This document shows positions 1-10,351 of a DNA stretch of 64,000 nucleotides, piece after piece. The stretch comes from Macrostomum lignano. Its lineage: Eukaryota. Positions within the stretch are counted from its first letter, which is position 1; each line of letters opens with the position of its first letter. The translations under genes and the position numbers were made by a program. Where the stretch lies: positions 636,486 to 700,485 of the forward strand of contig NIVC01000166.1 of the NCBI GenBank assembly GCA_002269645.1. Reading direction: 5' to 3'. The notes below the pieces were generated by a model that saw nothing but the letters and a program-made list of their open reading frames with translations, was not told where the DNA came from and ran no database searches.

Positions 1-1
1 T

Positions 2-2282
2 TTAGTGATTTTGGCTATGTTGTCAATTTGCAACGCGCAGGATTCCTGTAAGCTTATTGTTGCTATCATTTCTACAAATCCAACTGCCGATTCACGCGTA
101 TCCCTCTCCGATTTCAGCGTCAACAACCCTGTTGATAGAAGATTCAACAATCAGAGACGAAACTGATGGGTTCACTAGTGCAACATCATCAGCCTCTGCT
201 TCAGAAGACACCACAGAAGCTTTAAAATCGCCCACAGAAGCTTCCAAATCGACCACAGAACCTTCCACGTCAACCACAGAACCTTCCACGTCAACCACAG
301 AACCTTCCACGTCAACCACAGAACCTTCCACGTCAACCACAGAACCTTCCACGTCAACTACAGAACCTTTCACGTCAACCACAGAACCTTCTTTGTCAAC
401 CACCGAACCGTCAACCACAGAACCTTCCACGTCAAACACAGAACCGTCAACCACAGAACCTTCCACGTCAACCACAGAACCTTCCACGTCAACCACAGAA
501 CCTTCCACGTCAACCACAGAACCTTCCACGTCAACCACAGAACCTTCCACGTCAACCACAGAACCGTCTACGTCAACCACAGAACCTTCCACGTCAACCA
601 CAGAACCATCCACGTCAACCACAGAACCGTCCACGTCAACCACAGAACCTTCCACGTCAACCACAGAACCATCCACGTCAACCACAAAAGAATCCACATC
701 GACTATAAAACCTTCTACGTCAACCACTTCAACTTCCACATCGACAACTCCAACTTCTACATCGACCACTTCAACTTCCACATCGACAACTCCAACGTCT
801 ACATCGACCACTTCAACTTCTACATCGACAACTCCAACGTCTACATCGACCACTTCAACTTCTACATCGACCACTTCAACTTCTACATCGACTAGTGAAA
901 TTTCGACCACTGCAGTAGCTTCAGCATCAGCCGTTGCAAGAACTACGTCGACCAAAAATCCTCCAATCATTTACGGTACCTTATTTTCGTTGTGCATTTA
1001 CCGTGCTTTAAAAAAATTAAATCCAACTGCAAACGAACTGATCAAATTTTATGACAAAACTTACCTGTACATTTCAGACACACCCAAATCAACCATTCTC
1101 TACATTGTATTGGGCGTTCTCGTACCGCTATTTCTGATAGCTTTGGCTGCTTCACTGACGTATATTTTCATTCGAAGATCCCGTTTACAGGTATCCAGTG
1201 CACTTTATCTTAATATGTTTGTAGCAATCTAATAGAATACTCTATTAAATGTCAAATCGATTTAAATTGCAGCAGCAACCGAAAGACCCTGAACTGCAAG
1301 ATGAAACCATCAGTCGAAGGCACCGCTCGTTAATCGTCGAGATGAGGACACTGATTCGGTATGATTTGAATCGTAGTTGATTTGGCTTTCGATTCATTAG
1401 CTATTCGATCACTTAATTGAAATTATATGGGAACTCCGACTAGGCATTTACTCAAGGATGAGCTGTAGCATTCCCAAGCTTGTATCGCGCAGTGAGACAA
1501 GCTCTTGTTTCACTTGTCTCACTTGTTTCACTTGTCTTCACTTGTCTTCACTTGTCTTCACTTGTCTTCACTTGTTTCACTTGTTTCACTTGTTTCACTT
1601 GTCTCACTCGCGCAGTGAGACAAGTGAGACAAGACAAGTTCAAGCTCTTGCAGATGCATCTGTCTGAAGGCTGCGTACGGCTGTTCAGTCCAAGGACTGG
1701 GGGGTCGCCACACACACCCTCAATTACCCCAGCTAATGCTGGCACCCATTTTGCAGCTGGGTGAACTGAAGCAGTGCAGAGTTAGGCTAGGTGCCTTGCT
1801 CAAGGACACAAATTGTCCCAGTTGGATCGGGAATCGAACCCCGACCTTCAAGTCGTGAGCCCGACGCTCTAACCACCAGGCTACAACCCCTAGATGTCTT
1901 GCAAGCTTTTATTAGAAAGTAACTTCCGTTGTATGTACTTGGGGGTACTTACTGTCAACTGTTCTCATTTTCAAGTCTGTCAACACGTGGCACTAGTAGA
2001 GTAAGTGGGTAATCAAAATTATGGAAAATTGATGTTCTAATTTGACATGCAAAGTGGTAAAACGTGCAACCGCTAATGAATCGCATACTAACTTTCTGAT
2101 TGGGCGGACTAGAACTATGAACCCATGCTTGTTAATTGCTATGCAGTTTACTGAACTATAAGCGGCATTTTTGCATTCCTTCACTTTCATTTCAGACATA
2201 CAGAGTTGCGGATTTGGCCATTACGGATTCGAATCTGGCTAACCAGAGTTCACCTGAATTTGTGATGACTACTTTTAAATAA
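2..2282 (+). CDS. Mucin-like type I membrane protein, 5'-partial. Exons <2-47, 118-975, 1078-1190, 1314-1358, 2196-2282
   Basis: End of a signal peptide (LVILAMLSICNAQDS) with donor gtaagc at 48. Thr/Ser-rich stalk of TEPSTST repeats, one hydrophobic TM (ILYIVLGVLVPLFLIALAASLTYIFI) followed by RRSR, then a short tail ending MTTFK*. All junctions are GT-AG and in phase; the 45-nt exon 1314-1358 is the least certain. Confidence 0.8.
253..890 (+). repeat. Coding VNTR: 21-bp ACAGAACCTTCCACGTCAACC (TEPSTST), followed by TSTSTT/PTSTST units
   Basis: Near-identical tandem units read directly from the sequence. Confidence 0.95.
1487..1649. repeat. CTTGT(T/C)TCA 9-10-bp tandem block with palindromic GTGAGACAAG ends
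   Basis: Tandem cttgtttca/cttgtcttca units; perfect hairpin cttgtctcact-cgcgc-agtgagacaag near 1598-1624. Confidence 0.75.
1650..1890 (-). mobile_element. tRNA-derived SINE, copy 1 (3' tail missing)
   Basis: Minus strand reads GGGGTTGTAGCCTGGTGGTTAGAGCGTCGGGCTCACGACTTGAAGGTCGGGGTTCGATTCCCG (A box, B box, CAC anticodon loop), then a GTGTCCTTGAGCAAG...AAAATGGG core. Two more copies are in the window. Confidence 0.85.
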
Positions 2283-2521
2283 TTGATTGATGAAAACTGA
2301 TAATGATTCATACGGAAGGAATTCATTCAAAACAGTTTTGTTTGTAAGGTTTTTCATATATGAAACGTTCAGTCTTCTACGTTTTGCTCACGTGGAAAGT
2401 AAACGGATCTCGCTTTGCTAATATTGTTTATAAATTTCTGTCTGGTCACCAGTTATTTTTACGTCCTGCTCAATCTATTTTTTCAATTGCTAGCAAGCAC
2501 TTTATTCTGAGAGTGAGTTTT

Positions 2522-3252
2522 AGGTGATACTGAGAATAGATCACAGGTGATACTGAAAATAGATCACAGGTGATACTGAGAATAGATCACAGAAGATACT
2601 GAGAATAGATCACAGGTGATACTGAGAATAGATCACAGAAGATACTGAGAATAGATCACAGGTGATACTGAGAATAGATCACAGAAGATACTGAGAATAG
2701 ATCACAGGTGATACTGATAATAGATCACAGAAGATACTGAGAATAGATCACAGGTGATACTGATAATAGATCACAGAAGATACTGAGAATAGATCACAGG
2801 TGATACTGAGAATAGATCACAGAAGATACTGAGAATAGATCACAGGTGATACTGAGAATAGATCACAGAAGATACTGAGAATAGATCACAGGTGATACTG
2901 AGAATAGATCACAGAAGATACTGAGAATAGATCACAGGTGATACTGAGAATAGAGGACAGGTGATACTGAGAATAGGTCACAGGTGATACTGAGAATAGA
3001 GGACAGGTGATACTGAGAATAGGTCACAGGTGATACTGAGAATAGATCACAGGTGATACTGAGAATAGGTCACAGGTGATACTGAGAATAGATCATAGGT
3101 GATACTGAGAATAGATCACAAGAAATACTGAGAATAGATCACAGGTGATAATGAGAGTAGGTCACAGGTGATACTGAGAATAGATCACAAGAAATACTGA
3201 GAATAGATCACAGGTGATAATGAGAGTAGGTCACAGGTGATACTGAGAATAG
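2522..3252. repeat. 23-bp minisatellite (GT/AA)GATACTGAGAATAGATCACAG, about 31 copies
   Basis: Direct tandem units with no spacers; GT and AA variants alternate in the middle of the array. Confidence 0.95.
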
Positions 3253-3595
3253 ATTAAAGGTATAGATTGGAGCGAAATACAGGTCTATTCGGTAGTCTAC
3301 TAAGAACAAAAAGTAATCTGAAGGTAATCATGAAGTAATCTGCATTTCATCGTCTGAGCATCATTAGACGCAGGGCCTATAAATACTCGTAGCACCGCTC
3401 TAGTACTTGTAGTAGTAGTACCGAACTAGAATAGCTTGGCTGTACTTCTCGTGTCTTTAAAAAGCAGATTATCTGGAATCCGAAGGAGAAACCAATGTGT
3501 ACTAAGCTTTTGCACTCGAAACACAAGTTGAACTTGCAGGTTTCAGGAAGCTCTGACCTCTGACACACTGCTGAAATTGGACGTCAATATCGAGT

Positions 3596-3994
3596 GTGCA
3601 GATTCTAAACTCAGCAACAGCTAAACCCCCCCCACTCAACGCTTTCACATCAGACACGGAACTCCATCGAGCATCTCTAAGACTTTATAAAGCAAAGAGT
3701 TCACTGTTGCGACAAAGGGCTCTGAATGCATTGCAGCAGCTGTTCCAAGAGTTCACCAACCGGCTGGTGATCAGGATGCTACTACGAGCGATGGCACTTT
3801 TTGCATGCTGTTGGTTCCCACACACGATACTGGGGCAGCTGTTGCTGAGTATACGCACTCAGACATACATACATACAGTCAAACAAGAGCATTGGTACAG
3901 CGATTAACTTCAGCTCACTTACACTGCAAATGACGAAATTGATATCCAACAGACAGACGCTCGGGCGCTCGGGCGCAAAATACACTCACGAACA
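3596..3994 (+). pseudogene. Degenerate rhodopsin-class GPCR fragment (TM6-TM7)
   Basis: VIRMLLRAMALFACCWFPHTILGQLL resembles TM6 with its CWxP motif. GTAINF (TM7-like) follows in a shifted frame after an (ACAT)3 run. No upstream TM segments were recognisable. Confidence 0.4.
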
Positions 3995-4494
3995 TTGAAA
4001 AGTATCCACACTGATCTAGTGAGCCATTTCATAACCGACTGTGCATTATCAATAGGCAGTTGGTGATCAGCTTGACTTGGTGGTCTCTCAACTTGAAAAC
4101 TCCATCAAAAGTTGCCATTTGACTGCGGAAAATTAGCAGTGCTGTTGAAGCCTTAAGTCATGGCTGAGAACTGAGGAAGCCTCTTGGCGTTGGGTCTCCT
4201 GTAGAATTCGATGCAAATGGCTCGTGCAGTATAGCTTTATAAGCACGAGTGCATCCTAAACGATACGCAGACTTGCTTATTTGGATTTCTAGAATCTAGA
4301 AGGAGAGATCTATATAAGGCGCGTCCGCCAGCGTGCTCGACAGTCCTTAGCGAGGTGCTTCGATTGCAGGTCTTGCCTACCGCTGCGCTGCAGCTGCGGT
4401 GGCCGAAGTTATCGCAGTGGATGCGCTTTAGCTGTTTGTTGTGTGATCGGCTGTCTGCGTGGCTGACCTGTGCGGCTGCTCTGGCAGGCTGGAC

Positions 4495-5036
4495 TTACCA
4501 GTACGCTTCTGCAGCCGTTGCACGGTCGCCGTGCTGGTCTCCATCACGCTGGCCTGCGCTTCCATATGGAGATAATGGAGCCGTCGACTCTATGCTGGAG
4601 GTCGCTGGGGGATCCTGGATCTGAAGTACAAAACAGTGACGTCAAATAAAATCCACTGCTTGGCTCAAAAACTATCAGCTATCATGCTAAATGGAAGCAG
4701 CATGAAACAAAACGGGTCACCCACCCAGAGCATCGGCAGACTCGCGTCCTTCTCGTGTCGACACTTCCTGCAGGCGTCCTTGCCGCCCCGGTCGCACTGC
4801 AGCAGGGCGCAGTCACCCGTCTCGGCGTCGAAGGAGGCCGCGTGAGCCTCGGATGCTGACGATATCATCAAACAGTCGATAATATTTGGAACCTTGAGCA
4901 CAGTGATCAGCTTGTACTCGATGATGTCGCCTCGGAGCTGCTTCCACTTCGATCGGCATCCGGCAGAGACGGTCGGCAGTGACAAAAAACAGCAGGTAGC
5001 CACGTACAGCAGAAGTCGCGCTGACGGAACCATCAT
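4495..5036 (-). pseudogene. Secreted PAN-like domain gene, paralog of the 9282-10351 gene, with a frameshifted fibrinogen exon. Exons 5036-4725, 4620-4495
   Basis: Signal peptide MMVPSARLLLYVATCCFLSLPTVSA. Exon 1 is 312 nt like its paralog, with a shared Cys pattern and LW|gt donor. Exon 2 contains CAGCATAGAGTCGACGGCTCCAT (QHRVDGSI), but out of frame. Confidence 0.7.
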
Positions 5037-5186
5037 CTGCTCGGATCGCAGCGAGTTTTTCGAATAATTCCAGTAAGCTGTCTTACTGAAAAATGCGGAC
5101 CTGCCAGTCACCGCAGCCTGTATGAGTATGGTTACTCAACTCAAAGTTTTTCAGAGCGCAGCTTCCTGCTGAATATTTTGTACATG

Positions 5187-7168
5187 TGATGAGGATGCAC
5201 TTTTTTCCAAACTTCACGCTCGCACATGGGCTCCAAACTTACTAGCCTACTAACAACAAGCTAGGGGCATCTTTTCTTCTCTTTATGTCATTTTCCTAGA
5301 ATTCATACTAGCTATATGATTTTGCCATACTTGTAGTTATAATAACATAGGTGCGGCTTTTGGTCATAAATCATTGCTTTCGAGCTGGTCTGACAGCCAC
5401 CTGCGCCTCACTCAATACTGAGACTGGTGCCAGATGGTCTGAGAGGATGCGGGCGGTAGCTTTTTCTCATCATTTTGACAGGCCATCAAGATTTATGAGG
5501 TCAGGGCCTATTGTTGTGTTTACTCAAGCGTGTGACAGCTTTGACAGCTATTCGTTTTACCCCAAAAAGTACTTTGGGATTTGCAATTAGCGATTTCACT
5601 TCATTATCTTCACTTTCTACTTAATAAAAGCTTTCTAATGTATATTTTTCATTATTTTTTGTCAATCCTACGCGAAAGGTCATAAATCATTATGTAGCGA
5701 TTTTGAGTGATTTATGACCGCACCTGTCGTATTTTTATGGCCCCGACGGAACTGATAGTATCTTCTGGTCACGTGAGTTTGGGTGGCAACAAGCTCAGCC
5801 AATCAGAAAATTCGACGTGCGTTTTAACAAATCGGCTCAGCCAATCAGCGTCGAGGTGTTCCATTATAACAAATTGCGGTCCAGTTGGCGGCTATTTAAA
5901 CCAGTGTTTTTGGCCTGCTCGGACCCAACATCCTGCTCCTCCTCCTGGGACCTTGGCCTAACTTAGACCTCCCGGAGCTCGACCGTCGTCTCTTAATCTT
6001 CAGATCGCGACTCCCCCATCATCATCAAGGACAAATCCCCCCGGTCGTCAGCAGCGAACATCAAGATTAAGAACATCACCCGCTAGCTATGTGACATCAG
6101 CATCATCCCGGGCCTACAGCTGCGAAGCACTAAGCCGATTCAGTCACTGTGGTTTACCTGGTCTCCGGCTGTTGAGTTTCTGATTGGTTGGGTGAGAGGC
6201 TACCTAGACTTGCTTGATTGGGTGATTCCCTGTCTGTCCCCTGTTTCAGTAGCTGGATTAGGCGCACACTTTTGCTCATTTTGTTCAGTAGTGCTGTTAT
6301 CGAGGCAGAAATCATTCAATAATACTGTTAGTAGTCTGAGATTCCAATTCAATCTGAAGTGTGAAGTGATTTAAGGAGAAGGTTAAATCTGACAGTTATT
6401 TTTATCGGTTTTATTTCTTTGTTCGCCGATGACTCAGATGAGTACCTAAGCTAGTAGGCGCCGGTCACAGTGGACCACTGACAAGGCGGTTCTCAGTCGA
6501 TCAATCTATCAAATCAGTGAGCAAAATTGCCAATAGTGCAAAATCGGCGCTAGAGATGTACTCTGTGCACTCTAGGTTCGCCAAGCGGCTCGGGTGATGA
6601 ATCATGCGGTCTCTGAAGTTCGAGTTAGCCTATCATCAGGGCTATGAGAGGCTAGTTGGCGCGTTGAAGGCCAAAAGTACAATTCCTCGTAGTTAGCAAT
6701 GTAATAGTACATGTAACTACCCCATAGTCTCGCCACTGCAAGAATCCCCTGCACAAGTCCCCTCTGTACCTGCATGGCCAATGCGATCGAGTCCCAGCGG
6801 TGTCCCTAATCATCGGCTATGACTTCGAGATTGACAGCAAAAAGACACTAGTCGGCAGGTAAGTGCAAAGCCCCTTCTAGTCGGAAGCCCGATTTCGAAA
6901 GTTCAGGGTTTGGTGAGCCAGAACGCACGGGCTGGTGGCAGCGGGTTAGCTAATCTGCGGATTGGCTAATCTCTACCTTCAAAATTCTCCCTGCTTGTCT
7001 CTCGCTGTCCCTCCCTTAGCTATAGGACCTTGACTGCTCGCCACAGATCAAGCTACCATGGGGCTGACCATCTGACAGGAGTGGGAGGCCAGGATTCTAA
7101 TGGATTCATTTCTGAGACCTGAGGCCCGAAGGCTTCCACAAAGGAGCCGAAAAGGCCGAAACCCATGA
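5187..7168. mobile_element. ~2-kb solo-LTR-like element, copy 1
   Basis: Starts TGATGAGG and ends CCCATGA (CCCATCA in copy 2). Flanked by a 4-bp TSD CATG (5183-5186, 7169-7172). Colinear reverse-complement copy at 38334-40328. Contains two AGCCAATCAG boxes and a TATTTAAA motif; no credible ORF. Confidence 0.85.
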
Positions 7169-7821
7169 CATGTATTTATACAGCACATCGACAGGCTTTC
7201 AATGCGGCATGAACTGAGACTGAGTTTTCTGATTTCTATTGACTGACTTGACAGCTGAGGCGTTTATTTAGTGAGCAGAAACTGCTTTGAATTTGTTGCT
7301 TTTGTCTTCTCGCCTTTCAGCTTTCAGAGACAACAGTAAACATGTTCTGGGTGAATTGTCACGGATGCATGACGCTTTTACGCATGGCGCCATTGTCAAT
7401 TGCAAAGTTTTCTCTGACAATGCCGATCGAAGTGACACTGGATTCGGGCTGTTATGCTTCACGGCAAAGCCTTTTTACAGCTTCTTTACGAAAATCATCC
7501 ATCAGCGACGCTTTTTTTGCTGCTTTGCATTTTGTTTAGCGCAATCATCCTTTGAAAGGGTTGCATTGTCTGTCTTATTTGGCTCACTCGCAAGGCTTTC
7601 ACTGATTGCTTTTAGTAGAAATTCTAGTGAGAGTTCCAGCCGGGGCTCCCTTTGATTTGTGAATCAGCCTACCGACTGTCACCTGTACCGGTCTGCGCAT
7701 TATCGATTCGCATGTGATTTATATGTCATTATGATTTAATTAGTTAAGTAAATTCGGTACATTAAGTCCTATACAAGCACAGAATAATGTTACCCGCTAC
7801 AGTCAATAGCCCAATAGCTAC

Positions 7822-8333
7822 ACGGCTCCGTCAGCTTCAACCGGAACTGGTCGGAGTACTCGAGCGGATTCGGTCAGGGCGAGAGTCTCAACTACTGGAT
7901 GGGACTGGAGCAGCTCCACCAGCTCACCGCCACTGGAGTGTGGAGAGTCCGTTGCGAGTTCAGCAACTGGAACGACACCTGGTACTGGGCTGAGAATGCT
8001 CCGTTCTCTGTAGGCTCATCTGCTCGATGGGACCGCTGGACTTGAGCAGGTCGAGTGTGGGATAACGCGCAGAAGTACTCTTATCAGCGAACAACCAGCA
8101 GTTCAGCACATCCGAATCTGATCATGATGATTTGAGTAGCGGCAGTTGCGCTCAGATACGGGCTACTGGTTGGTTGTTCGGTCATTGAAATGCCTTTAAT
8201 CCAAATGGAATGCATCAGCTGCCGCCCGCTACGGCTGAAGGCATAGGAATATAGTATACTACTATCTCCCATACACGGGCACTGAATACAATACATACTA
8301 CTCAATGAAAACATTCGAGTGGCTGATTCAATG
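7822..8333 (+). pseudogene. Inverted, 5'-truncated copy of the fibrinogen-domain exon
   Basis: Homologous to the reverse complement of 9282-9811; 85 nt identical (7831-7915 vs 9715-9799). Net 16-nt deletion near 8018 and TGA in place of the HC Cys codon. Confidence 0.9.
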
Positions 8334-9281
8334 ATTGGAACCAAGAGTTTTCAGCGTTTCTGAAAGTTGAGCGTCGTTAGCCAAAGCTCGTGGTCCTCGG
8401 ATATTCCCCAATACGAATGAGCGTTCTAATTAACTTTATGTCCAATGCTCGAAATAGATTTTTTTGTCCTGAAAAGAATCCTAGTAAAATCCGCTTTCAT
8501 ATCCCTTCTGTTTTATATGTCGTAACGGATCGGGTCCCCAACCCCAGTACTATGAGCGTATGAAGTAAAGTTACGATATGTAGGAACCAGGCGTTGGCGC
8601 TTTGGATAGAAAGAATACGCCAGGCATTTGGACGCGCTAACAATACTTATCGCTCCCTCTGGCGTAGGGATGCACAGAGTAGAGCCTGCATGGGTCCAGA
8701 GGCGTTAAGACGCAGAGCAGAGCACCAGAGGTGTTGAGACGTGCAGTAGACCTTCTATTTCTAAACAAATTTTCAAGTATTTGAGTAGCTGGGGCTCGAA
8801 TGTCTCAGGAGTAGAGACGCGCAGACCACGAGAGAATAGCTAGACTATCTTATACAATATTTAAATATCGACGATTCTGCACATATGTGACATGTACTGT
8901 ACACCTCTCGCTACGCAATATACGAGTCACGTAAAAAGTGAAATATGCCTACTTTTTATGCATTTTGACTAGCATAGAATTTACTTCAGTATTGGGTGCG
9001 TTGCAAATATAAAGTTAAGCAAGAGAAAGCCATGAATTTGATTTTTTAAAGCTCATTAGCTAGGATTCTTCATTGGCTCAGGCGGTATACTTAAACTATC
9101 TCACAGGTTTTTCAGCTCACTAGGTTTTTGCATATAACAAGCAAACTTGTCGTAACCTTGTTGTAAATCAAGTTGTGACAGAATTTATCACTCTTCGTCA
9201 ATAAACTTTCATTGTTGACATGTACCGAACAGTAACTTCTGTTGGTCCTCCTTGGTGTAGGATATAGTAGCAGCTATAAGC

Positions 9282-10351
9282 TCACTGGCGTCGAATCATG
9301 CACTCAAAGCTCTTCATCGAGTAGTGCAGTGAAAATATTGGATTCGAACCAACCAAATAATACATCCCACGACCATCAGCAAACGCAGCTGGCTTCAGAT
9401 AAATTCCGTTGGGATTCATAGCGTTGCAATGACCGAACCACCAGCCAGCAGACCTTGCCCAAGCGCAGCTGCCTCCAGCCCAAGCATCGTTGTCAAAATC
9501 CGGCGTGCTGAATTGATGGTTGTTGACTGACAAGTAGCGCTCCGTACGTTGCCCCACACTCGACCTGCTCGAATCCAGCGGTCCCATCGAGCACCTGTAC
9601 TTGTCGGTCGCTGGACCTACAGAGAACGGAGCATACTCAGCCCAGTACCAGTTGTCATTCCAGTCGCTGAACTCCCACCGGACTCTCCACACTCCAGTGG
9701 CGGTGAGCTGGTGCAGCTGCTCCAGTCCCATCCAGTAGTTGAGACTCTCGCCCTGACCGAATCCGCTCGAGTACTCCGACCAGTTCCGGTTGAAGCTGAT
9801 GGAGCCGTCGACTCTGTGCTGGAACGTCTGCCAGCAGCTGGAGTTCCTCATCTGAATCGGGAATAAGCTGATATTGATGCAAGACGCATGGTCAATTTAT
9901 TTTGATAAACAGGAAGTTCTGTGTCTAGATAAAGCATTTTGGAGCGAAAACCGGCCTCGAATAAGTAAAGCGTCCTTCAATTCTCAGTTGTACAGGATGC
10001 GGTCAGCATTGAGTCTTTGGTGATATGAACCCTACTCACCCAGAGCTGAGGCAGGCTGGGGTTGATGCAGTTTCGGCACTTCCTGCAGCCCGAAGCTCCG
10101 CGGTTGCAAGCGAGCAGCTCGCAGACTCCCGAGTCGAACCTTGCCGCATCCGATTCGATTAGAGCAAGTTTTTCTAAGCACTCGACTAAGCCTCGAGTAT
10201 TCTCTCTCTTTATTTGTTTGTACTCGCTTATATCGTCTCTCTGCGATACGAAGGTCCTTTCTTGAGCCACCGAACTACCCGTTATTGGAGTCCAAATGCC
10301 TGAGCTGGCAGTCAGAATTGCCAGCAAGCAGAGTTGCATTGGAGTCTGCAT
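9282..10351 (-). CDS. Secreted fibrinogen-related domain protein (signal peptide + PAN-like Cys domain + FBG). Exons 10351-10040, 9851-9282; about 293 aa
   Basis: FBG motifs FQHRVDGSISFNRNWSEYSSGFG, YWMGLEQLHQLT, FSTPDFDND, GWWFGHC and NPNG. Phase-0 intron with gtgagt donor and ttcag acceptor. Confidence 0.92.

Noticed and set aside
92-970. 292-aa Val/Asp-rich antisense ORF and WLTWKVL ORFs
   Set aside because: They are shadows of the 21-bp coding repeat on the opposite strand; the + strand has the signal peptide, TM helix and splice sites.
2522-3252. CRISPR-like appearance of regular 23-36-bp repeats (also 48865-50455, 54230-55590, 59120-59785)
   Set aside because: Units are head-to-tail with no unique spacers, no cas genes are present, and the context is eukaryotic.
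5707-6374. Short ORFs inside the 2-kb element (and 39250-39801)
   Set aside because: Frames are not conserved between the two copies and no retroelement motifs are present.
7120-7168. Hammerhead-like GCCGAAAAGGCCGAAAC at the LTR end and TGATGAG at its start
   Set aside because: No CUGANGA core precedes the stem in either copy, and joining the two ends does not give the required topology or stem III pairing.
7290-7655. Decayed coding-like segment on the minus strand
   Set aside because: Multiple stops in every minus-strand frame and no family I can recognise.
8518-8892. TGTCGTAAC...GTGACA segment as a small solo LTR
   Set aside because: The flanks (TTATA and TGTAC) do not form a TSD and there is no second copy in the window.
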